From Patescibacteria group bacterium (lineage in GTDB: Bacteria > Patescibacteriota > Microgenomatia > UBA1400 > PJMF01), in NCBI GenBank assembly GCA_016861085.1, contig BOKR01000001.1, positions 1,057,298-1,096,039 of the forward strand: 38,742 nucleotides of DNA, given 5' to 3'. Below the pieces are notes generated by a model. It ran no database searches, was not told the DNA's origin, and saw nothing but the letters and a program-made list of their open reading frames with translations. Shown piece by piece: positions 25,071-33,889 of the stretch; within the stretch, counting starts at the first letter, position 1, and the number at the start of each line of letters is the position of its first letter. The translations under genes were made by a program, and so were the position numbers.

Positions 25071-26162
25071 CTACTCTACCAAGCGGTAATGTACCCCTTT
25101 GGTAACTCCATACTTCTCAATTACTTTTTTATCAATTAAGTCTTTTACATCACGTAAAATTGTATCAACAGAAACATTGGGGAGCACAGCCTTCATATCA
25201 TCGGAAGTGACAGTTTCCTGCTGCTGAAATAGTTCCAACAAAATTATTTGTCTTTCTGAAAGTGCAACTTGTTCACCTAATTGTTTTTTCAACTTCAAGT
25301 CTTTTGAAAGTCGAGTAACCTGTAAACGAACCTTATCAATTTCAACTGCCAAGCCGTAACAAAAGTATTCTAACCAATACGTTAGATCATCTGAACCAGA
25401 TTGTTGAACAGAAAGGAGTGCGTTGTAATATGCCTCTACATCACCATCAAAATATTGTTCTAAAGAAAAAAATCTTTTAAAGTCATAACCCAAAATGTAC
25501 ATCAAAAGCGTTGCCATAGCTCGAGCAGTTCTGCCGTTTCCTTCAATAAATGGGTGAATATGCACTAACTGATAATGCACGATTGCTGCCCTAAAAATTG
25601 GATGAATAGCTTGAGATTCTGATGAGCGAGACCACTCAAAAAGATCTGAAATAAGAAATGGAATTTCCATTGAAACAGGCGGGCGATATACAATTGAGGC
25701 GTTAACAGCACTTTTTACAATTACCTGTTTATCTCGATATATCCCTGAATAATTATCTTCGACAACGCGGGCAACAGTAAGCTTGTGCAGAACTTTTAAA
25801 GTATCTTCAGTAAAAACTGTTTTAATTTCACCAGTTCTTTGCTTTTCGATCCAGGAAATCACATTTCTGTAGTTGATAACTTCTTGGATGTCGCGGTCTC
25901 TTGCCATCATGCCAGCTTTTTGCGCTATTTGAGTTGAATCGACATCATCACTCATCCTCACAATTTGCTGTGCCTGTTCTTTGGTAAGATCGTTTCCCTC
26001 TATTTTTGTTCCGTAATGGACAGTTCTAGTAAAAGCTTCATCACGAAACTTTGCTTCCCATGCTGGGACCAGCGGCGCATGATCAATCATTGCTTTCGCA
26101 GCCTCAATCCTTGATATATAGGTGAGTAAATTATTAGTGATCTTGAAATTTGGTTGGTACAT
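25071..26162 (-). CDS. Fic family protein with N-terminal Fic_N region and C-terminal winged-helix
   Basis: Fic motif HPFIEGNGRTARA. Upstream GTKIEGN resembles the inhibitory-helix region. C-terminal wHTH-like LSERQIILLELF...ILRDVKDLIDKKVI. Confidence 0.85.
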   Translation of the reverse strand: MYQPNFKITNNLLTYISRIEAAKAMIDHAPLVPAWEAKFRDEAFTRTVHYGTKIEGNDLTKEQAQQIVRMSDDVDSTQIAQKAGMMARDRDIQEVINYRNVISWIEKQRTGEIKTVFTEDTLKVLHKLTVARVVEDNYSGIYRDKQVIVKSAVNASIVYRPPVSMEIPFLISDLFEWSRSSESQAIHPIFRAAIVHYQLVHIHPFIEGNGRTARAMATLLMYILGYDFKRFFSLEQYFDGDVEAYYNALLSVQQSGSDDLTYWLEYFCYGLAVEIDKVRLQVTRLSKDLKLKKQLGEQVALSERQIILLELFQQQETVTSDDMKAVLPNVSVDTILRDVKDLIDKKVIEKYGVTKGVHYRLVE

Positions 26163-26234
26163 AGGTATGGTTATTCAATTAAAGAGATGAAAAGATACTC
26201 AAAACAGATCTTTTGTCTACAAAAGTATACAGTA

Positions 26235-27056
26235 TTATTGCAAATTTTGCGAGGAAAATGTGAGTTGCCACAATGTCTTTGGTATCTGCACAACTAAATC
26301 AGAGGCATTGAAGAATGGTCCAACAGTTTTGTACAACTCATCTCCAGCTAACTTATTAACTTTGCTCGCTATGACAGCAGAAACACTTGCTGTATTAGTA
26401 CAGTACAAAGCGGCAACCAATCCTGCCAGCGCATCACCAGTGCCACCTTTTGTCATACCTTCATTACCACCTTCTATCTCAACAACTCTTTTATCATCAT
26501 TTTCAAACCAAGTAACGGTATCTACAACACCTTTTCTAAGAATAGTAGTCTTTCTTTCATCTATGCTAACTTGGGCTGCTGCAGCGCGCTGCTGCAAATC
26601 ACCCATTTCTTTAGTATGAGGTGTCACAATATGGTTCTGATTTAACAACTTTGGATCGAGCATCTGCAGCGCGCCTGCATCAATCACAAATTTTTTATTT
26701 GGATACATCTGTAATAAATGATTTATCAGTTCCTCTGTTTCTTGATTTCTTTCCATGCCGGGGCCAACCAAAATACAATCTGATTCTTGAATATAATCTT
26801 CTAAATTCTCACGAGGAATCACTATGCCATTCCAAAATTTCCCTTTTGCCTCTTGAACCAATTCATTATTACTTGTGACAGAAGAATAAAACACCATATC
26901 AACAATCTTTGAAGCAACATCTAAACTCCATTTACTCGCCGCATGAAATAGCTCTGATCCACCAATTAAAAGTAGTTTGCCATTCTGCCCTTTATGAGAA
27001 TCTTTTTTAGGCAAATTAAGCTGTCGTAAAAACGAGTGTAATTCTAGCTGATTCAT
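26235..27056 (-). CDS. nnrD: ADP-dependent NAD(P)H-hydrate dehydratase (YjeF C-terminal type)
   Basis: KGQNGKLLLIGGS, VITPH and the GGTGDALAG motifs of the carbohydrate-kinase-like Nnr dehydratase. Confidence 0.8.
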   Translation of the reverse strand: MNQLELHSFLRQLNLPKKDSHKGQNGKLLLIGGSELFHAASKWSLDVASKIVDMVFYSSVTSNNELVQEAKGKFWNGIVIPRENLEDYIQESDCILVGPGMERNQETEELINHLLQMYPNKKFVIDAGALQMLDPKLLNQNHIVTPHTKEMGDLQQRAAAAQVSIDERKTTILRKGVVDTVTWFENDDKRVVEIEGGNEGMTKGGTGDALAGLVAALYCTNTASVSAVIASKVNKLAGDELYKTVGPFFNASDLVVQIPKTLWQLTFSSQNLQ

Positions 27057-27074
27057 ATATTGTTGCTATTCTCA

Positions 27075-28181
27075 TCACAAATAAATAACTTCAATTGTGT
27101 CCGTTGCTTGTCGAATATCTTCTAGTACTGCTGGTTCTGTCGTGGTTACTACAGACTGGTAGTTTTTTAGAACACTCAACGCAAGCGCTTTGCTGTCATC
27201 ATCGAGTTCTGATAATATATCATCAAGCAATAATAGTGTAGCAGTATTTGATTTGTTCTTTATATACTCTAACTCACAAAACTTGAGCCACAAAACAGCA
27301 AGCCGTTGTTGGCCACGAGAACCAAATACATCAATGCGCATTTTTTTGGTATCTTTTCCATGCCTCCATGAATTCAAGTACACGATAATATCATCTTTGT
27401 GTGGACCAATAAGAGTGTGGCCTGCAGCAATTTCTCTTTCTTTGTATTGATCTACTCTCTCTTTTGAAATTAGTGAGGAGTCATACTCAACGGAAAATTC
27501 TAGCGGAAATGGAACAGATGCAAAGCTTTCCAAAAATTTCTGTCTATATCTTTGCAAAATTTCACCATACTTTACCAAGTTCAAATCCCAATATTGCAGC
27601 ACAGTTTTTGGTTGTTTGTGCTCACCTACCTGCTGTAATAGCTTGTTACGACGAAGTACTGTTTGTTCATAATTTTTTAAGGCAACTTCATATTCAAGAT
27701 AGAGTAAAGACAAAACTGTATCCATGAATGTACGCCTGCGACTGGGTGAACCCTCTATCATTCTCATGTCTTCTGGCCGAAACGCTACAGTAAAAAATTT
27801 GCCAACTGCATCTTTTTTACGCCTGCGTACGCCATTCACACTAAACAACCTATGTTGCGTACGCTTTCCACTCACTATTCCTCGTGTCAAAATAATTTCA
27901 ACCTCATCAGTTGGTTGCGTTTCAGCTTTATCATGTAAATTTTTACTATTTGTATCCAAAACTACACCCTTCACTCTTGCTAGTTCGCTGCCGAACTCAA
28001 TCATTTCTTCAATTCTTCCAGCCCGAAAACTATTTCCTGTGGCTAGCAGATTAATCGCTTCAATGATACTGGTTTTACCAATCGCATTTTCACCAATAAT
28101 CACAGTTGTATTTTCTGTAAATTTCAAAAAATAGTTTTTATGAAGTCTAAAATTCTGGAGGGCTACACCTGTTAGTATCAT
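27075..28181 (-). CDS. recF: DNA replication and repair protein RecF
   Basis: Walker A GENAIGKTSIIEAI, signature-like FGSRGQQRLAVL, Walker B LLLLDDILSELD. Length fits RecF. Confidence 0.85.
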   Translation of the reverse strand: MILTGVALQNFRLHKNYFLKFTENTTVIIGENAIGKTSIIEAINLLATGNSFRAGRIEEMIEFGSELARVKGVVLDTNSKNLHDKAETQPTDEVEIILTRGIVSGKRTQHRLFSVNGVRRRKKDAVGKFFTVAFRPEDMRMIEGSPSRRRTFMDTVLSLLYLEYEVALKNYEQTVLRRNKLLQQVGEHKQPKTVLQYWDLNLVKYGEILQRYRQKFLESFASVPFPLEFSVEYDSSLISKERVDQYKEREIAAGHTLIGPHKDDIIVYLNSWRHGKDTKKMRIDVFGSRGQQRLAVLWLKFCELEYIKNKSNTATLLLLDDILSELDDDSKALALSVLKNYQSVVTTTEPAVLEDIRQATDTIEVIYL

Positions 28182-28207
28182 TACCTATACGGTATCATAA
28201 ACCCGAA

Positions 28208-29014
28208 ATGAATACATCGGCATTCCAGAATTTTGTACTTCGGTTCTATCACAAACATGGTCGACATGAATTACCCTGGAGACAAACTGACGACCCTTAT
28301 AAAATTTTGGTTTCTGAATTAATGCTGCAACAAACGCAAGTGAATCGAGTTATTCCAAAATATCTAGCTTTTGTTAGTCGTTTTCCAAATGTTGAGATAC
28401 TCTCTCAAGCAACACTCAGTGAAGTCTTATCCTTTTGGCAAGGGCTAGGATATAACCGACGGGCAAAATTTTTATGGCAACTTGCCCAAGTGATAAAAAA
28501 CTCACAATCAAAGCAATTTCCACAAACTGAAGTAGAGTTACAAAAACTTCCTGGTATTGGCTCATATACAGCTTCTGCAATCATTACCTTTGCATATAAC
28601 CAGCCGACAATTGTCATTGAAACAAATGTTAGATCAGTATTTTTATACCACTTTTTTCCAGATAGATCAGATGTTCCTGACTCTGAACTGTTTCCTTTGA
28701 TTCAACAATCAATGTCAACCCAAAATCCACGCGAATGGTATTGGGCATTAATGGACTATGGCTCCTATCTAAAAAAAGTTATTCCAAACCCCTCTAGAAA
28801 GAGCAAGCATCATACAAAACAAAGCAAATTTCAGGGCTCACTACGACAAGTTCGTGGAGAAATTATCAAATATCTTACACAACATGATTCAATTACTAAT
28901 GATGAATTACAAAAACTAATAACCGGAAATAAAACTCATTTCTCAGAAGCTATCAAACAACTACTTAAAGAGAAATTGGTCATCAAAAATAGAAATCGAT
29001 TCTCTCTTCCGTAG
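28208..29014 (+). CDS. MutY-like HhH-GPD DNA glycosylase lacking the Fe-S cluster cysteines
   Basis: LPWRQTDDPYKILVSELMLQQTQV, GLGYNRRA and the HhH LPGIGSYTASAI are present. IETNV replaces the usual DGNV. The 268-aa translation contains no Cys at all, so no CX6CX2CX5C motif is possible. No Nudix-like C-terminal domain is recognisable. Confidence 0.7.
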   Translation: MNTSAFQNFVLRFYHKHGRHELPWRQTDDPYKILVSELMLQQTQVNRVIPKYLAFVSRFPNVEILSQATLSEVLSFWQGLGYNRRAKFLWQLAQVIKNSQSKQFPQTEVELQKLPGIGSYTASAIITFAYNQPTIVIETNVRSVFLYHFFPDRSDVPDSELFPLIQQSMSTQNPREWYWALMDYGSYLKKVIPNPSRKSKHHTKQSKFQGSLRQVRGEIIKYLTQHDSITNDELQKLITGNKTHFSEAIKQLLKEKLVIKNRNRFSLP

Positions 29015-29037
29015 TTTTAATATCTTTTGATTTATTT

Positions 29038-29046
29038 TGATATAAT
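29038..29046 (+). promoter_or_regulatory. extended -10 element TGATATAAT upstream of 29132..29329
   Basis: Exact TGaTATAAT at 29038-29046, in the 117-nt gap after the MutY-like gene. Confidence 0.35.
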
Positions 29047-29131
29047 AAGGTAAATATCTTTTAATAATAGCCCAATGGCGGGTTAATCGAGGTTCTTTAA
29101 AATCTTCTAGTTCAAAAAAATAGGGTGAAAT

Positions 29132-29329
29132 ATGAACCAACAAAAAAAACGACGATTAAAGTGGCCAACCACTAAACGTGGATGGACTTTCCTGATTATT
29201 CTTGTTTTGCTAATTCTTTTCTGTATTTTCCTGGGTATCACAAACCCAGTTCTGGCAGGGAAAATAGCAAAATGGGCTTTCTTGATACTAATTATTTTGA
29301 TCGCCTTAAGTGGTGACAGAATGCCTTAA
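29132..29329 (+). CDS. small two-helix membrane protein
   Basis: 65 aa with a basic N-terminus (KKRRLKWPTTKRGW) and two hydrophobic helices. Confidence 0.45.
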   Translation: MNQQKKRRLKWPTTKRGWTFLIILVLLILFCIFLGITNPVLAGKIAKWAFLILIILIALSGDRMP

Positions 29330-29358
29330 ACTGAACCAATTGAAAGATATTTTTACAT

Positions 29359-29392
29359 AGCTCCCGTTCTCAAAAAACGGGAGCTTATTTTT
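29359..29392. terminator. bidirectional Rho-independent terminator
   Basis: 10-bp stem agctcccgtt (29359-29368) / aacgggagct (29376-29385), with a T-run on the plus strand and an A-run upstream. Sits between convergent genes. Confidence 0.65.
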
Positions 29393-31184
29393 TCTCTATG
29401 TTGAAAAAAGCCCCATTGCACTGGCTTCCAGACCATTGTGGGATTCTCAAGAAACCTGGAGCTCTCAAGTTATAAGCTTTGCAAAATTCATCACCACTCA
29501 TGCTAACTCCGTTAATAGTCACGGAGTTTGTTTTTCCAGTGCCTAGTGCAACTGAAACACTACTTGCTGAAGAAATACCTCCGTACTTACCTGCAACATC
29601 ACGTAACTCACCAAGACTATAAGGATTCCCTCCCCAACAAGCCGTTGAAGTAGAACTTACTCTTTCAGATTCACCTGAATTTCCTTTAGTTAAAACCAAA
29701 TGTGCGTTTACTATATCAGCCATTTCTTCTGGTGATAACCACGGATCTGACTCACCACAGGTACCACCTTTCCCACCCCACTCTCCAAAAACATCAACAT
29801 ACCAAGAAGAATAGACCCAAGGTGATCCAGCAAGAAATTCAAACGACTTATCCAAAAAATTACTACCACCACCACCATCTGTTGTATCCCAACCTGTGTT
29901 TTTTAACCAGCCACCAGCAGTCGATGAATATTGCCAGTTTCCTGGACCCCCTGTCATAATCATCCCTCTTGTTTCATCAACAGCTTCTTGCCAAGCAGAC
30001 GAGTTAATTTCCCTTTTAAACTCTTGACAATTTTGTCCTGGACAAATCGTAGATTTACCATAAGCAAAACTTCTTGCAGCAATGGCTTGAGCTTTCAGCA
30101 CCTCTTTTGGCCATGAAGGTGGGATCTCATAAATATGCTTGAGATAATCTTCAAATTGATACTGTTCATTATTAAACACCTGTCCATAAGTGTTAGTACC
30201 ATTAACAGTAATAGTGTGATTTGTATCTACTGTACTGAGAGTAATACCTTGATAATAGTATTTTAGAATTTGCTCAGCGTTTTGATTTTGATTAGCTCTT
30301 CCTAGAGCACCATACTGACTCATGCCATTTCTATGACTGTATGCTCCGAACGAAAAAACTGCAAAATGACCACTTGGTGCTTCATTTAAAAACTGTGCTC
30401 TTGAGGATTTTCCTGTTGAACCATATTCACCAGATCCTAAACTTATTGTGAAACTACCACTACGGGCAGCAATAATCTCTTGCTGGCGAGCACTCAAAGC
30501 AGCAATTTGATTAGAAAGTACTTTTTGATAATCTTTTGCTTTGCTAATTTCACCTTTCAAAAAATCAGCTTGATCATCAAGCAATATCTCAAGTGATGCC
30601 AACTGTTTCTGATTGTTTTCTAATTTTGTTTTATCTTCTTGAAGACTTTTTATATCATCCCCGATTCCTCTTATAAACTGATTATCTTGGTTTTTAACTG
30701 ACTCACGATATGCCAAATCTTTAGATAGGTCAGCTGCTGATTTACTGGCTAGAGCAGTTATTAGTGGAGAGAAAGTTCTTAAACGTTTATATTGTTGAGC
30801 TATTCTCCTGGAAAAAATTTGATATTGAATCGTTAAGTCCGCTTCTTTTTCTTCAATTTGTAATGCTAGTTCCGCCGCCTCTTTTTTAGCCCTCACAATG
30901 GAATTGCGGGCTGCAGCAATTTGGTTTTCTAGTGATTCTACTTCAGCTTCTAAAGGTTTTGTTGCATCTTCAGAGAGTTTTTTTAGATTTGTAAATTTTT
31001 GAATCCATCCTTCTATCTCTGATTCATTTTCAATACTATTGACGTCTGGGATTTCCTCTGCAAAAACCTGACTAACAAATGGCGACTGAACTATTTTGGT
31101 AACAACAAACACAGAGCCGATGCCTACTGTGAACACCAAAACTAACTGAAGCACGTTTTTCAGTTTACTCATATCTTGTACCAT
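29385..31184 (-). CDS. SpoIID/LytB-domain protein with N-terminal anchor and a long coiled coil
   Basis: AQAIAARSFA and HRNGMSQYGALGRA match SpoIID-family motifs. About 200 aa of heptad-like coiled coil follow the N-terminal helix. The extra Gly/Trp-rich C-terminal region is unassigned. Confidence 0.7.
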   Translation of the reverse strand: MVQDMSKLKNVLQLVLVFTVGIGSVFVVTKIVQSPFVSQVFAEEIPDVNSIENESEIEGWIQKFTNLKKLSEDATKPLEAEVESLENQIAAARNSIVRAKKEAAELALQIEEKEADLTIQYQIFSRRIAQQYKRLRTFSPLITALASKSAADLSKDLAYRESVKNQDNQFIRGIGDDIKSLQEDKTKLENNQKQLASLEILLDDQADFLKGEISKAKDYQKVLSNQIAALSARQQEIIAARSGSFTISLGSGEYGSTGKSSRAQFLNEAPSGHFAVFSFGAYSHRNGMSQYGALGRANQNQNAEQILKYYYQGITLSTVDTNHTITVNGTNTYGQVFNNEQYQFEDYLKHIYEIPPSWPKEVLKAQAIAARSFAYGKSTICPGQNCQEFKREINSSAWQEAVDETRGMIMTGGPGNWQYSSTAGGWLKNTGWDTTDGGGGSNFLDKSFEFLAGSPWVYSSWYVDVFGEWGGKGGTCGESDPWLSPEEMADIVNAHLVLTKGNSGESERVSSTSTACWGGNPYSLGELRDVAGKYGGISSASSVSVALGTGKTNSVTINGVSMSGDEFCKAYNLRAPGFLRIPQWSGSQCNGAFFNIEKK

Positions 31185-31344
31185 TGTACTAATGTAACTT
31201 TTAAATATCTACTCCAAAGCAGCTAAAACCCATATTGTTTCTATATCAAACATACTCAGTTGTTGTGTATTTGCACTCTGGCATCAACCCTCAACATAAA
31301 GTACAATATACTCATATTTGTACAAGAAACGATAGTAACTGTTC

Positions 31345-32535
31345 ATGAAGAAGCTACTACAAATTGTTATTGTTTTCCTATTGGGCTTTGTGGTTGTCGG
31401 CGCAAAAAATCAAGTGTTTGCAATTGATTCATGTACTGTTGCATTCAACAGGCCAGTTGCAATAAATAATTTTAAACCACAGTATGGACTGTCGTTTGTT
31501 GTCGGTATTAACGCGTTACCGGTCAATGCAATAATTACTGGTTTGTCAGCAAATCAACAATACACAGTGTCTTGTGATGACCAGGGTTTTGGTTGGTTTT
31601 GGTCTGAGCAAGCCTCATACCAAATTAATTCTGATAGTTCAGGTAATGCTAGTTGGAGCGTACCTGATCAAAAATGTTGGTATCAAGAAGATAAGTTCAG
31701 ATTGAGATTAAAAAACACAGCTGTTGGCATAGATTGTCTCCTCCTTGAATACGAAGTTTTAGCAGAAAGCGATGCTGTTTCTTGCACGCTTAAAAAAGTA
31801 ACAGATGCTAACGGAAATTCTGGTTGTTTTGAGGTCGAAGAAGTTATCAATTGGGAGTTTCATGTCGTTAACGGTGACGGCACTGCATATACAAAAGACG
31901 TCATGATCAGAACTGATAGTGTTTATGGTGGGGGTGTTGGAGCAGACCGCATATATAGTTCTCCAGATGGTGTTTTGAAGGGGACAGATACTGTAGCTGG
32001 CGCAACAAACAACATTATTTACACATTATATGCAGAAGCTGATATTGGCAAACCAATTGAATCATGTACTCTAAATGCTGGCAAAGCCAAAGCTGACGTT
32101 TGTTCAGAGGAAGAAAGGCAATCCGGACCAAATGCTGTCTCTATTGAAGCATTTTCGTTGTGTAAGCAAATACCTGCTGATCCTGAGTTTGAAGACCAAC
32201 GAAACGCCTGTCTTGCTTGTACAGAAGGAACGCTAGACGAAGAAGGTAATAAGGGGGTGTGGACTGCAATTGGCTGTATTAAACGTGATCCAGAATCAAT
32301 TTTAAAACGATTTATTTCAGTTGGTCTGGGAATGTCAGGTGGGGTTGCACTACTTACATTCTTAGCAGCTGGCTTCATCTTTAGTACTTCTCAGGGTGAT
32401 CCAAAGGCATATGGAAAAGCAAAAGAAATGATGACAGCCTCAATAGTTGGTATTCTTTTTGTAATATTCTCTGTCACAATTTTACAATTCATAGGTTTTG
32501 AAATTCTCAAAATACCTGGATTTGGAGGAGTATAG
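31345..32535 (+). CDS. secreted Cys-containing ectodomain fused to a VirB2/TrbC-like (T4SS_pilin-type) two-helix C-terminal module
   Basis: Signal peptide MKKLLQIVIVFLLGFVVVGAKNQVFA. The C-terminus is WTAIGCIKRDPES...GGVALLTFLAAGFIFSTSQGDPKAYGKAKEMMTASIVGILFVIFS...ILKIPGF. Confidence 0.6.
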   Translation: MKKLLQIVIVFLLGFVVVGAKNQVFAIDSCTVAFNRPVAINNFKPQYGLSFVVGINALPVNAIITGLSANQQYTVSCDDQGFGWFWSEQASYQINSDSSGNASWSVPDQKCWYQEDKFRLRLKNTAVGIDCLLLEYEVLAESDAVSCTLKKVTDANGNSGCFEVEEVINWEFHVVNGDGTAYTKDVMIRTDSVYGGGVGADRIYSSPDGVLKGTDTVAGATNNIIYTLYAEADIGKPIESCTLNAGKAKADVCSEEERQSGPNAVSIEAFSLCKQIPADPEFEDQRNACLACTEGTLDEEGNKGVWTAIGCIKRDPESILKRFISVGLGMSGGVALLTFLAAGFIFSTSQGDPKAYGKAKEMMTASIVGILFVIFSVTILQFIGFEILKIPGFGGV

Positions 32536-32537
32536 GA

Positions 32538-33077
32538 ATGAAAAAAATATTGTTTATCTTAATCATTTTTTGTTCTGCATTCTTATTCATGACATCAAAA
32601 ACACATGCCATTTTTTGTGGAGCAGTGGAACAGGGCATCTGTGTAGATGAAAATAATTTAGAAATTGAAGGTGGGGTTGTATGTCCAAGAAACAGTACTG
32701 TATGCTGTGACCCAGTCGAAGATTGTGAAAGTGTTTTTCCGATTGAAGACATCCAAGCTGGACCAAGCAATCAATTTTTTGACATGCTCAATCCATTAAA
32801 ACAACAGGGAGACCCTGCCTTAACTCCTTTTATCTCGACTCCTGGCGGAATTGTTTCTCGAGTTCTACAGTTCCTCTTTCCGCTTGCCGCATTAATTTTA
32901 TTTGTGATGATTATTTGGGGTGGTTTTGAAATTTTAGTCAAATCAGTTCAGGGCACTAAAGCAGTTGAAGCTGGCAAAAATAGAATTACTGCCGCAGTAG
33001 TTGGATTCTTATTGTTGTTTGCTACTTATTGGATGGCACAAATCATCGAAACCATTTTTGGTATTGTGATTGTTTAA
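32538..33077 (+). CDS. small Cys-rich secreted protein with the same pilin-like two-helix module
   Basis: Signal peptide, a Cys-rich stretch of about 45 aa (CGAVEQGICVDE...VCPRNSTVCCDPVEDC), then LILFVMIIWGGFEILVKSVQGTKAVEAGKNRITAAVVGFLLLFA. Starts 2 nt after the preceding stop. Confidence 0.6.
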   Translation: MKKILFILIIFCSAFLFMTSKTHAIFCGAVEQGICVDENNLEIEGGVVCPRNSTVCCDPVEDCESVFPIEDIQAGPSNQFFDMLNPLKQQGDPALTPFISTPGGIVSRVLQFLFPLAALILFVMIIWGGFEILVKSVQGTKAVEAGKNRITAAVVGFLLLFATYWMAQIIETIFGIVIV

Positions 33078-33175
33078 TTCTTCAAATTCATTGGCTGCAC
33101 AATTTTGTTTTGTTTTTTGACGAGTCAATTCGGACCCAAGGTTCGTGACAAGTTGGAAATACAAAATAAAATTAC

Positions 33176-33889
33176 CTATCCCTTACCAAAGCGGCGGTTT
33201 CGTTTATTAAATTCAGCGATTACTTCATCTAATTGCTCAGCATGCATATCAGGAAACGGGTATGGCACAAAAATAAATTCTGAGTATTGCTGCTGCCAAG
33301 ACATAAATCCTGACATTCTTTGTTCGCCACTGGTTCTGACAATACAGTCAGGATCTGGCATATCAGCGGTATCTAAGTGAGCTGCAATAGTTTTTTGGGT
33401 GATTTCTTCTGGTTTTATTTCTCCATTATGAACCTCTTGGGCAATTTTTTTCATAGCTCTAGTCAATTCGTCTCTTCCACCATAATTCATCGCCAAGGTG
33501 ACTGTTAATTTTGTTTCTTTTTTAGTTTTTTCTTGCCCATCCTTAATTCTTTCTTGGATGTCTTGTGCAAAACCGGTAATGTCACCAATCATATTGAATC
33601 TAACACCTTTTTCCTTCCAGCCATCAATTTGCTTGTCAAATATTCTTCTGAATAAATTCATTAAGTATTCAACTTCAGTTTTGTCTCTATCCCAATTTTC
33701 TGTACTAAAAATCCAAAAGGTCAAGTATTTAAGACCAAGCTCTATAGAGTGGTCAATTAACTCCTCAAAGTTCTCTGTAACAGCTTTTTTATGTCCGGCA
33801 AAAACTTTTAATCCGCGCGCACGTGCCCATCGCCTGTTGCCATCACATAAAACTGCAATATGTGTTGGAATTGGTCCAATATTTTTCAT
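33176..33889 (-). CDS. uppS: isoprenyl transferase (undecaprenyl-diphosphate synthase family)
   Basis: HIAVLCDGNRRWA, FSTENW and RTSGEQRMSGF motifs. Confidence 0.9.
   Translation of the reverse strand: MKNIGPIPTHIAVLCDGNRRWARARGLKVFAGHKKAVTENFEELIDHSIELGLKYLTFWIFSTENWDRDKTEVEYLMNLFRRIFDKQIDGWKEKGVRFNMIGDITGFAQDIQERIKDGQEKTKKETKLTVTLAMNYGGRDELTRAMKKIAQEVHNGEIKPEEITQKTIAAHLDTADMPDPDCIVRTSGEQRMSGFMSWQQQYSEFIFVPYPFPDMHAEQLDEVIAEFNKRNRRFGKG

Noticed and set aside
31302-31324. Inverted repeat GTACAA-N11-TTGTAC just upstream of the pilin-like operon, a possible operator.
   Set aside because: It has only 6-bp perfect arms in AT-rich DNA, so chance occurrence is likely without comparative support.
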